A program made the position numbers and the translations under genes. Under the pieces are notes generated by a model. The model was not told the DNA's origin. It ran no database searches and was given only the letters and a program-made list of their open reading frames with translations. Positions 24,726-34,669 of a stretch of DNA of 64,000 bases are shown one piece after another. This stretch comes from Botryllus schlosseri (lineage: Eukaryota). Where the stretch lies: NCBI GenBank assembly GCA_051294905.1, contig CM119371.1:32180001-32244000 (forward strand), written 5' to 3'. The first letter of the stretch is position 1. Every line of letters starts with the position of its first letter.

Positions 24726-25211
24726 CGCACAGTGCCTTCCTTGGTTTGTTATGATTCATTAAATTATAATCGCAAGCTTGTGCTGCTCTTCGTGACTTCA
24801 TGCGGTAAGCAACAGGGTTGTTAACAGGAATATATTTGATCCAAATTCAACGATTTTGCACTTTTGGTGGTCATAGGTCAGCACGTCAAACCAGGGTTGT
24901 AACAAAGTCACAATTCAATTAGACTTTTATTGTTTTGACTCGAGTCATTTTCAAGTCACGACCGACCCAAGTCCGAGTACAAGTCAGGGAGAAGCTGATC
25001 GAGTGTTAACTGTTAAGACCGGAGTCTCGGTCATAGAGTTCACTGTTCAGCAGGCCTATTGAGTTCAAGTCACTCCTGTAAAACTCTGAGTAGATTTGAA
25101 GGCCTCGGATTCATAATATACTCAATACCCATTTTTCTCACCCTAGACATGTATTTCGAAACATAAAACACGGTTTCTGGGCCTATTTTTCAATTATTGG
25201 TCCTGATATAC

Positions 25212-25362
25212 TAGGGTTACCATATTTTGGAAATCTGAAAAGAGGACACCCTTTCAAAATTTTCAGACTGGCAATACAAAAAGAGGACATTTGGGCGTCC
25301 TCCGAGGACACTTCCAAAAAAGATAAATTCTCTTAAAAGAGGACGTATATATGGTAACCCTA
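25212..25362. mobile_element. Short MITE family K (duplicated at ~46917-47082)
   Basis: TAGGGTTACC / GGTAACCCTA; TSD tgatatac / tcatatac. Confidence 0.85.
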
Positions 25363-25503
25363 TCATATACGAGATTGCATAAGTCATAGAATTTGTCGAG
25401 TTATATGACTTGGTCCGAGTCACGCGAAATTAGTTCAACATCTCGTCTTTTCGTGATCACCCCCTGCGGTAACACAAGTCCATACGGATTTGATAGATAT
25501 ATA

Positions 25504-26820
25504 AAGAGGGGGTCAAAGCAGTCAAGAAAGCTACTTAAGTAGAAGTAGAAGTAACGGGGAAAAATCTACTCAAGTACGAGTAGAAGTACTTCTTCCATAA
25601 GCAACCTAAAACTACTTGAGGTAGAAGTAGAATTGACTAACTTAAAATCTACTCAAGTAAGTAAGTTGTGAAAACGATATTAATTCGTTCGCATGGATTG
25701 TCAAAAGGTACAAATTGAGCTATGCGAAAGGTGCCGAGCTTGACTCATATTGATGCATACCAGGAGGCATTCAATTATATTGACAGCATAAGCATTCGTC
25801 CGCATCATGAAATGAAAATTATAGTATTGATATGGAAATGCGATACTAATCCTCTGTTTAATCGAACAGCACGTTTTAGAAAATATCATGGTATGGCGCA
25901 CTCCCCCATACTATAAGGCCCGTAGTTTAGCCGAAAAGCAATTCGGGGAAGTTGTACGTATAGGATCCGGTGTACAGGTACACACTTTGAGCGATTTGTA
26001 AACGTTAATGAAAAATATGGTGGATCGAAAAAATGCCATACTGTGTGGCTTTATTTCCGGAAATTAAAGGCATTACTATACTTGCTTTTATACTTCAGCA
26101 ATGTATGTTACCCGGACAAATAAACTGAAATTAATTAGAACTCAAAGTATTTGATACGGGGATTTGATAGTGAAATATAAATACTACTTCTAAAAGCGTA
26201 AAATGCGTTTCATGTCTTAGTCCAGAAAGTTTCAAAAGCGGTATGCTAAAACAGCTCTAAAACTAAAAAAAAGTCAGAGTCCACTTTTCCAGATTAGGAC
26301 ACACCATAGACTGCTAGATTACTATATTATAAGTAAATACTAGATTGCGAAACATCGGTTTCAAACGTTATGATGAGCCATATATTATATACTGTGAAGA
26401 AATATTTCATATGGGCGAAGGGCGACAGTATGGTGTGAAAAGAACCACGTCAACCCGCTACCTAAATTACATTCACCGATACTTTCGTGAAATCATACTG
26501 GTTACTCCGTCCGTATCCTATCCACTTAGCGCGAAACGAGACGAAAATTCTGGGCCTTGCTCGACTTTTATGAAAATTAAATGTTGATATTCCGTGAAAA
26601 CAGCCCCGAAATTACTCAGGCTATCTTTCTGATTGGTGGATTAAACTACTTCTCTTCGACAAACTGAAAATAGCGAAAATTAAGTAAGTAAATCACAAAA
26701 TATTATAAAGTAGAAGTAGAAGTAGCGAAAATCAGATCTACTTGAGTAAGTACCAGAAGTAGAGGAAAACTACTTAAGTAATTCGAAAAAGTAAAAGTAC
26801 TTCGCTACTGACCACCTCTG
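25504..26820. mobile_element. MITE family G, inverted relative to 10371-11517
   Basis: Ends TGACCACCTCTG; flanks gatatata / catatata; reverse-complement similarity across both arms. Confidence 0.88.
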
Positions 26821-27089
26821 CATATATATATATATATTAGGGTTACCATATTTCCGTGACGCAAATTCCGGACACTCTTTAGCGCCTACTAGCGGATTCA
26901 AAATGAACAGTAACACGTTGTCTGTCAATATGACGTCACACTAGCAAAGCATTGCCTGTATACCTCTGTATACAATGGAGTGGACCGTAGGTCATGAATT
27001 GGGCCATCTGTAATGTGAGCTCTGTAGATTGCTACTTTCTAGGGTCTGCAATAAATTTCTCCACGGGCCGGCTGAAATCGTCTGGCGGG

Positions 27090-28196
27090 TAGGGCTCTTC
27101 AAAAATGACTTTTTTTCTCAAATCGTACTGGCTACTTGATAAAATTGTTAAGTTACCTAATTTAAGCCTACACACAAAATTTGGTTCAATTCCAGCCAGT
27201 AACCGCTTTGCTACAGGAGAAGAAAGTTTCTATTTATTATGTAAAAATAAATAATAAATAATTTGGAAATTTTCTGTTCACCCCATGAAAGTGTTAGGCT
27301 GTCTATAGAAACGATGCTCGCCAAATTTGGTTCAATTCTAACCAGCGGAAGCGGAGTTATTGCTGTCGAAAATTTTTGATTTTAATAAAATAGTATTTAC
27401 GGTGAGCACAACTATAATAAATGAACAAAGAATCGGTCACCGTAAATACTATTTTATTCAAATCCAAAATTTTCGACGGCAATAACTCCGCTTCCACTGG
27501 TTGGAATTGAACGATATTTGGTGAGCATCGTTCGTTGGAGTATTTGGTTGTATAAGGTAAGCATCGGCTCTCTGGACGCTGGCCGGTGCGAAACCCTAGT
27601 GGTACAACCGATACTTCCAATCACTCTCACACCCAGGAAGAGTATGGCCTTTGGCCTTCATATTCCGAACCCGGGGATGCTGGCAGATTGGTGTCTCTCT
27701 CCCCAGGCACAAGTATGGTGGCGGCGGGACAAGTGTCCGCAGACGCCCCCAGCCAAAGCCTACTTGTGCCAACTGTTTGAACCTTTGATGAAAAAAGATG
27801 AAACAAGGAAGTAAAACAGAAGCAAATCGAGATGAGTGCTTTAGTGGCCTACGACACAAAAGAGCCCTAATACGGCGCTTGTGAAAGACTGTGAAATACC
27901 ACAGTCTGTAGCAAGCGTTTCACCCCAGGGGGAGGTTTACTGCGGTTCCTCCAGACCCTTAAAAAAATGAGCATCGTTTCTATAGACAGCCTAGCACTTT
28001 CATGGAGTGAACAGAAAATTTTCAAATTTTTTATTATTTATTTTTACATAATAAATAGACACTTTCTTCTCCTGTAGCAAAGCGTTACTGGCTGGAATTG
28101 AACCAAATTTTGTGTGTAGGCTTAAATTAGGTAACCTAACAATTTCATCAAGTAGCCAGTACGATTTGAGAAAAAAGTCATTTTTGAAGAGCCCTA
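27090..28196. mobile_element. Near-fully palindromic (foldback-like) MITE family I
   Basis: TAGGGCTCTTCAAAAATGAC... arms are reverse complements for ~310 bp once the internal retroposon is removed. Perfect TSD ctggcggg. Confidence 0.93.
27533..27967 (+). mobile_element. Short retroposed sequence (non-LTR 3' fragment or SINE)
   Basis: Ends in A7 and is flanked by the 11-bp direct repeat tgagcatcgtt (27522-27532 / 27968-27978). GC-richer than its flanks. Confidence 0.8.
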
Positions 28197-29362
28197 CTGG
28201 CGGGCCGTGTCTGGCCTACCAGAATTGGGTTTGACAGCCCTGATATACTGTTAGGTCGGTGCAACTATCTTCTTTTTTTTTAAATCTGGACCGAAACAAC
28301 ATTTTATTCTGCCGCCAGTCCGCCCAAAAAAGGCACTGATGTTGGGCCCACCATAGGGTAAATAATATTGATTCTTCCATATATTAGGCTACTATGAAAT
28401 GCACCAACAGGTTGCACATCCGGTGATTTCCAACTTTTATGGTCGCGACTTCATTTCCAACTTGAAAATGTTTAGTGGTCCAGCTAAAAAATTGATAAGC
28501 TGAAGCTGATTACTTAAAAATATCAGCTTGCCCAAACTTACTCACGGCCAAGGAAGCTGATTGCGTCCAACATCATCGCGATCCCCAGATGAAGACAAAC
28601 GACCCCACGATTTGGAACCATTGACTGTGACTGAAGCATCCAATCGGCCTTAACCAACTCTAGGAATATACCGTTAGCTTATCATTGCGATTACAATCAA
28701 ACTTATTTCAGTAAATGATGGCTATTTATATTTATTTCGATTGCATTTTTGCGAGGATGATGCCTTGTGCCCCGTTGCATTACCGCGCGCGCGGCACGAA
28801 GAAGAATTTTGAATAGCACAAGTCTGCTAGAAAATGATATTGTTTATGTTAATTTACGAAAAAAAATTGAGCCTACTCCAAGCCTTCAAAATTCCGGACA
28901 TTTAGGCATATTTTAGAAATTCCTCCCGGACGCAGATTTTTCAGTGAAATTCCGGACATGTCGGGGAAATTCCGGACATATGGCAACCCTAATATATATG
29001 TCTTAAACTCTGAACAAGAACTTTGGTGGATCCCTCGCGGAAACTCTATACTACGTCTCCCAGCGGCTAATTCCAAAGACTATACAACGCAATGGCTCCG
29101 GTCTTGGAGGAAATTTGACAATTCCTTTTACAAAGTATATTTTCAGCTTCCTGAAATGAATATCATCATTGGTTCAATAGTTTAACACCGCTACAGCAGA
29201 CCAATAGATCATAGCATGAAGTGAAATAGCGTAAACTGAACTACGGTATGAATAATGCCTATATCCCAGGGTTTTAAGGACTCGAGTCATGACTGAAGTC
29301 GCAATTTTTTGGTGACTTGACTCAAGTCATTTTTTCAAATTCGTAAATTGACTTGGCTCGTG

Positions 29363-30171
29363 GGTTGCCGGAGAACCCGTCCCTACCAACTCGGCCCTCG
29401 AAGAACCCGGCCCTCGGTGAATTCCTCGGGAAATTTAGAAATTAAGTGTATTCACAAGTATTAATATGAATTAATAAAGTAATAATGTTATTATCAACTG
29501 ATTTGTCGGTCTTGTAAGGAGGTCAGGGCATGCGTAGGTCACGCAGTCACGGCGTGATCAGATCACGTGATCACGGATTGCGCAAGCGCCAAGCGCGGGA
29601 GAGAACGCGACGTTCACATATCGATATTAGGGTTGCCGGGGGTGGGATATTAGGGTTGGTGGAGGTGGGATATTAGGGTTGCCGGGGGTGGGATATTAGG
29701 GTTGCCGGAGGTGGGATATTAGGGTTGCCGGGGATGGGATATTAGGGTTGCCGGGGGTGGGATATTAGGGTTGGTGGAGGTGGGATATTAGGGTTGGGGG
29801 AGGGGGATATTAGGGTTGGGGTAGGATATTAGGGTTGCCGGGGGTGGGATATTAGGGTTGGTGGAGGTGGGATATTAGGGTTGGGGTAGGATATTAGGGT
29901 TAGGGTTAGGATATTAGGGTTGCCGGGGGTGGGATATTAGGATTGCCGGTGAATACAAAATTTCCCGAGGGCCGGGTACACATTTATTGCATTTTAATTC
30001 AAAATTGTTCGAGGGCCGCATTCACCGAGGTCCAGAGTAGTCGAAAAACACCGTGAATACCACAACAAGTAGACCACGCGTGCTTGATATGCAAAATTTC
30101 CCGAGGGCCGGGTTCTCCGAGGGCCGAGTTGGTAGGGACGGGTTCTCCAAGGGACGGGTTCTCTGGTAATC
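29363..30171. mobile_element. TIR element with 8-bp TSD carrying a G-rich minisatellite
   Basis: TIR GGTTGCCGGAGAACCCGTCCCT / AGGGACGGGTTCTCTGGTAATC with a perfect TSD ggctcgtg. Confidence 0.85.
29623..29950 (+). repeat. Minisatellite, 15 units of ~19-23 bp, consensus GATATTAGGGTTGCCGGGGGTGG, including TTAGGGTTAGGGTTAGG
   Basis: Units counted directly from repeated GATATTAGG. Confidence 0.95.
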
Positions 30172-30898
30172 GGCTCGTGTCAATTTTTGTATTGACTCGA
30201 CTTGTACTCTAAGTCATTGTGCATGACTCGGACCGAGTCGTATGACTCGAGACTAGGATGGCCAAGCCAGACATTTCATATAACTTCGAAGAATAGTAAA
30301 GTTACCACATTATTTGTATTTCGTCGATCAGTCCTGATACTTGGTCAATAAGGCCATAAACTGTTCTGTTAACACTGAAATGAAAATTCTATATTATGAA
30401 TGCGAGCCATTCTATATCACTCAAGCAGAGTTGAAAAAAGTGGGTTGAACAGGATTGAGCTTAAAACTAATCAGTGAACATAATGACTTGGACTCGAGTC
30501 AAAACACTATGACTATGACTCGACCCTCTACTAGATGACTGGGACTTGACTCGGTGGTGAATTGAAAATGACTCGAGTCAAAACTATAAGAATGAGATTG
30601 ACTTGTGACTTGGTTACAACCCTGCTATATTCATAGTAAAACTAATTCAGGTTATTGTATCAGTATAATCACTAGCAGAGGAAGATACTTATTTTTCGAA
30701 AGAAGCCACATCTGGTAACTGCTACAATCATGCGATCCTTCCATGAAATCTACTTGAGCACTTGGCCCAACATTCTTTTTCTACTTCCAGATGAAATAGT
30801 TTGACATGTCTTGGTAATTGAAAAGTTATTGAAAAGAAATTTAGGGAGTTACTTCTACTTAGTAGCAACGATGACTACGTCTGATGACAGGCTTGGTG

Positions 30899-32938
30899 TT
30901 ACGTAGGTTGAACTGAGCCAGATACTGTTTCATTAGCCGGCTTGGTCCATGCCCAACCCGTAATCTGAGGGAAACACACTTTAGGAATTTGCTGCAGTGC
31001 GCATACGTCCCAGGCCGTCAAACTATGTATTTGAAGTTCTTGTTTCGATGTATCATCACTATCACGCCCTGCCACAAAACAGCAGGAATCCCCAGTGCAA
31101 CAGCTAATGAAACAATTTGCAATACGGTAAACAGATGTGTCCAGCATAGACCAGGTATTTGATTCAAAAGAATATATCTGAATATCCACTTCTCCGCCAT
31201 TAGATTTATTACAAGTTCTACCAAGAACAAACACAGTGCTGCCAACAGCGGCACAGCTGATGTATGATCGTCCTTTTGGCATCGGTTCGATTCGGTCAGA
31301 GCCTGTTGACAGATTATCGGGATCAAACAATTTGGTAAATCGCTGGTCATTGCCAACTCCACCAAGAAACAATATTCCTTTACAGGTAGAGCAACAGCTT
31401 GACCCTTCTGGGATTACAAATTGATGGGATTTTGCGGAATAATACCACTCGCAAATCGACAAATTGAATTTGAAATACTGTCGACTGTAGAAAACAAAAA
31501 TGCTCCCCGAATGGAGTACCTTTGCCTTGACAGAACCAGTCAACAGACGAGACGTGGTTTTCATTTCTATGGCCCCATCTTTCCTTATCTTGTAAAGCAT
31601 TGGAAATTTCAACACATACGCTTCTCCGTTACCTCCTAACACTGTACCATTAGCGATCTCCGCACTTGACGATAAATGCGTCCATGCTCCATTCACATGA
31701 GAGTGCAGATCGCCGGAATACGAGTCAAATAACAGGCACGAATTCAGTTTTGTACTTTGCTGTGTGTGAAAGAAAATGTCATTGAAAATGGTTTCTTTCA
31801 AAGCCGGTGCACTCTTCATTAATGGGTGAGTTGCAATTTGCTCTTGAATAAACTTCGGTGGGAGATTTTTGAAATTGATCACCGAAGCCAATTTTTGGAA
31901 ATGAATCTCTCTGGATTTATGGGCAGCGATCCAACCTACAACAGCTTGCCATCTAATTGTCTCGCAGTATCTTTTTGTTTGGTTTTCGTTTAGAATGTCA
32001 TATAAGTCCTGCTCATCAATATGAAGAAATTGTTTTTGCTTGGTCACACGCATGAAATCCTTCGACAGATATCTTCGGATAACACTGCAGAATGAATCAC
32101 AACGAGGGTCGGCACCGCATACTGCAAAACTGTCATATGCAACAAACCAGTTACGGTCATCAATGTGTTTCTCCAAATCTACATTCTTATCTAAAAATAC
32201 GGTCTTAACAAGAAATCTTGTAATATCATCATTTCTGATAACAAGGGGATCACTCAAAATGTCTATCAGAGTTGATTTCGGATCAAACTGAGGAATTTCG
32301 TTGAGAAATAGCATCACATCATCTTGCCTAGTGGATAGATCATGATTGATCCAATTAGAGATCCCATGCCATATCAGATGAGTTGGAACTGCTTTTGATC
32401 TCCGTAAACATTCGAGTGCAATATTTCTATCTGAGTTGCAGTATTCTTCCGTTCCAATCAAACTTCGTAAATTATCAGAAATGAATCCGAGCGCTGCATC
32501 AAGTGTGCTTTGCGAATGATATCTAGTAGCGTAGTCCAGGATAACTAAGCATTTGTCGACTGATAAGTTGGCCTCCATGAAATCAAAACACATTTGTTTA
32601 ACATCGTCTAACTGCATCATACTGCAGGCTTGGAGAGTGCCGCGTAGACTTTTAAAGTCAATGAATATTTTCCCAGTGTATACATATTCCAAGCATTTGC
32701 GAACGCTATTCTCATCCTCCAATCCAAAAAGGTAAATACATCGATCGACTTCTTTATCTCGATCATACCTCAGTTTGTCTTTCAAGTAAACCGAAGATGC
32801 TGCTAACACAGCGCGATGAGCAAGAAATGCGGGCCCGCCAAAGTGCACTTCCACATCACAAGTTAATGGATTGTGTCTCAGCACGTCAAGAGCAGTGAGT
32901 AGACGTAGTCCCCTTTCTTTCTGCCTACAGAAATCCAT
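30899..32938 (-). CDS. Intronless BTB-BACK-BACK-Kelch-like protein, paralog 3 (679 aa)
   Basis: ATG at 32938 (MDFCRQKERG) aligns with the paralogs; intact ORF with the same motifs. Confidence 0.92.
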   Translation of the reverse strand: MDFCRQKERGLRLLTALDVLRHNPLTCDVEVHFGGPAFLAHRAVLAASSVYLKDKLRYDRDKEVDRCIYLFGLEDENSVRKCLEYVYTGKIFIDFKSLRGTLQACSMMQLDDVKQMCFDFMEANLSVDKCLVILDYATRYHSQSTLDAALGFISDNLRSLIGTEEYCNSDRNIALECLRRSKAVPTHLIWHGISNWINHDLSTRQDDVMLFLNEIPQFDPKSTLIDILSDPLVIRNDDITRFLVKTVFLDKNVDLEKHIDDRNWFVAYDSFAVCGADPRCDSFCSVIRRYLSKDFMRVTKQKQFLHIDEQDLYDILNENQTKRYCETIRWQAVVGWIAAHKSREIHFQKLASVINFKNLPPKFIQEQIATHPLMKSAPALKETIFNDIFFHTQQSTKLNSCLLFDSYSGDLHSHVNGAWTHLSSSAEIANGTVLGGNGEAYVLKFPMLYKIRKDGAIEMKTTSRLLTGSVKAKVLHSGSIFVFYSRQYFKFNLSICEWYYSAKSHQFVIPEGSSCCSTCKGILFLGGVGNDQRFTKLFDPDNLSTGSDRIEPMPKGRSYISCAAVGSTVFVLGRTCNKSNGGEVDIQIYSFESNTWSMLDTSVYRIANCFISCCTGDSCCFVAGRDSDDTSKQELQIHSLTAWDVCALQQIPKVCFPQITGWAWTKPANETVSGSVQPT

Positions 32939-34184
32939 TATATGACAGTATACTATATGATATAGCCTGAAATTTCCAGATACCTCAATTGAGTATAACG
33001 TCATTACACGGCAGTGCGGTGGTCTGGTCTACACTCATACTGTCAGTCTCAGAGCGGTCCCTGATGTTAACTGGAAGTTAATTTTACAAAATTCAGAATT
33101 CAAGTGATTAGAAGGAATGATCTTTAAGGTCAAAACGAGTTCATATAGATTAGAGAACAATACGCTTTACTAACAAGCATCAGCTGCTATTGGGCTGATA
33201 AAGGCCCCGTAAATAACGGAGGAAGCTTCTTCATTCAACGGTTTACTTTGCTTTGAAACGAACCCATAGAAGCATGAAGGCGGGAATGGCTCACGGTTAA
33301 TAAGAGATCAGGGATCGCATGAGGATATTTTGTAGAAGAAAAACAAAATCGAAAGCTAAAATAAGAGAACTAAACGAAAATTCAACGAAAACAACGGAGT
33401 TCCATGCTTATGCAGTAGGCTACTAATTTTTAGCTCGTAATATTCAAATACAAGTGGTTCGTGTGACACAAGTGACAGGTTATATTGCTGAAGGGCAAGT
33501 TTCAGAAGTCTGGGATTGTTCTCACCATAGCAATATTGCTCTCTGAAAGCAGCAGCACCGTCAGTACTGGGTCATCACTTCGGCTCGACTTCCGTATTTA
33601 TTGTTCCGAGGTTTTACCCAATTTTTACGAAGCTCCGACGTTCGCTGCGTCGGAGTCGAGCTTTTGATTGCATTTTAATACTTTTTATACGCAAAAAATA
33701 GGATATTAAGGCGTCCTCCGAAGACATGCACTTTCAATTTATTGAAAAAAGAGGACGTGTGGTAGGTGGTAGACCTATCTAATCTCTCAGCAAGACGTCC
33801 CTGCGGCCTTGAAGACTTCGGTGATATCGGGTCTCCCAGTCTGCCATGTAATATATATTTAGGCAAGTAAAAAAATTGTGTTGTTATTGGACGTGTGTAT
33901 GTCTGTGAACATTGTCCACACTGTATTTCATGGTTTGACGAATCAAAGAATTCTCTCTCTTGCTGTTATCATCCGTGTTTATACAGCTCAGTGGTTATTC
34001 CCTTCATGCTTCTATGGTTTTACGGTAAACATGTTTAGTTGTTTACATTGGATGATGGTTTCGTTTCTCAGCAACCCATTGAATGAAAAAGTTTCGCTTT
34101 ATTCTTTTCATGGCCCAACAAGCCAACAATCATCACTAGCTTATATGTGTCACTAAAACGTTTTGTCATCTACTTCTTGATTGG

Positions 34185-34410
34185 TAGGTCCTGGGCTGGG
34201 TTCGAACCCCGGCCTGGTTAGACCAAAGACTCGAAATCTGGTTTCCGCGGCTATCCTGCTAGGCACTCAGCAATCACGGATAGCATGGAGGAGAAAAAAA
34301 CAGGGGTGCAGACTAGATGACCTTGCTATTAAGACCGTATGGCATCTCCGTCGTCAAAGCATCTCGATGGTGCAGGCAAAAAAGAATAGGCCTACCATAT
34401 ATCTCTCTAT
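34185..34410 (+). mobile_element. tRNA-derived SINE (family S2), 5'-truncated
   Basis: B box GGTTCGAACCC followed by a body homologous to 47450-47713. Confidence 0.8.
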
Positions 34411-34669
34411 TTGGACTTGTTTTGACCGTAAAAATATTTACTTCTAATCGCAATTGTGAACAATTTTTCTGAATTTTGCAATATTTTATGCTCAATTACA
34501 TCAGTGACCGCATATATCACCATGTTGATGTTGCTAACTGCACTAAGTGCAGTGCACTGTAATCAATTTCTAGCGCTAATGAATTGAAGTATATATACCT
34601 GGACATTTAACATTATTTACTTCTCTGATGATCACCTTCAGGCTATATCAAATATTGTACTGTTTCATA

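Larger units (their letters stand above)
26838..28991. mobile_element. hAT-type element family H with nested insertions
   Basis: TIR TAGGGTTACCATA / TATGGCAACCCTA, TSD atatatat, CCGGAC subterminal repeats. Confidence 0.88.
29267..30624. mobile_element. hAT-type MITE family F (GACTCGAGTC arrays)
   Basis: CAGGGTTTTAA / TTACAACCCTG; TSD ctatatcc / ctatattc; related to 42770-44818. Confidence 0.85.

Noticed and set aside
27860..27960. Hammerhead or twister ribozyme in the retroposon 3' stem-loops
   Set aside because: The catalytic core consensus could not be placed (no CUGANGA; wrong base at the cleavage triplet).
29623..29950. CRISPR-like array or true telomere
   Set aside because: The units are contiguous tandem repeats without unique spacers, there are no cas genes, and the array is internal to a TIR element.
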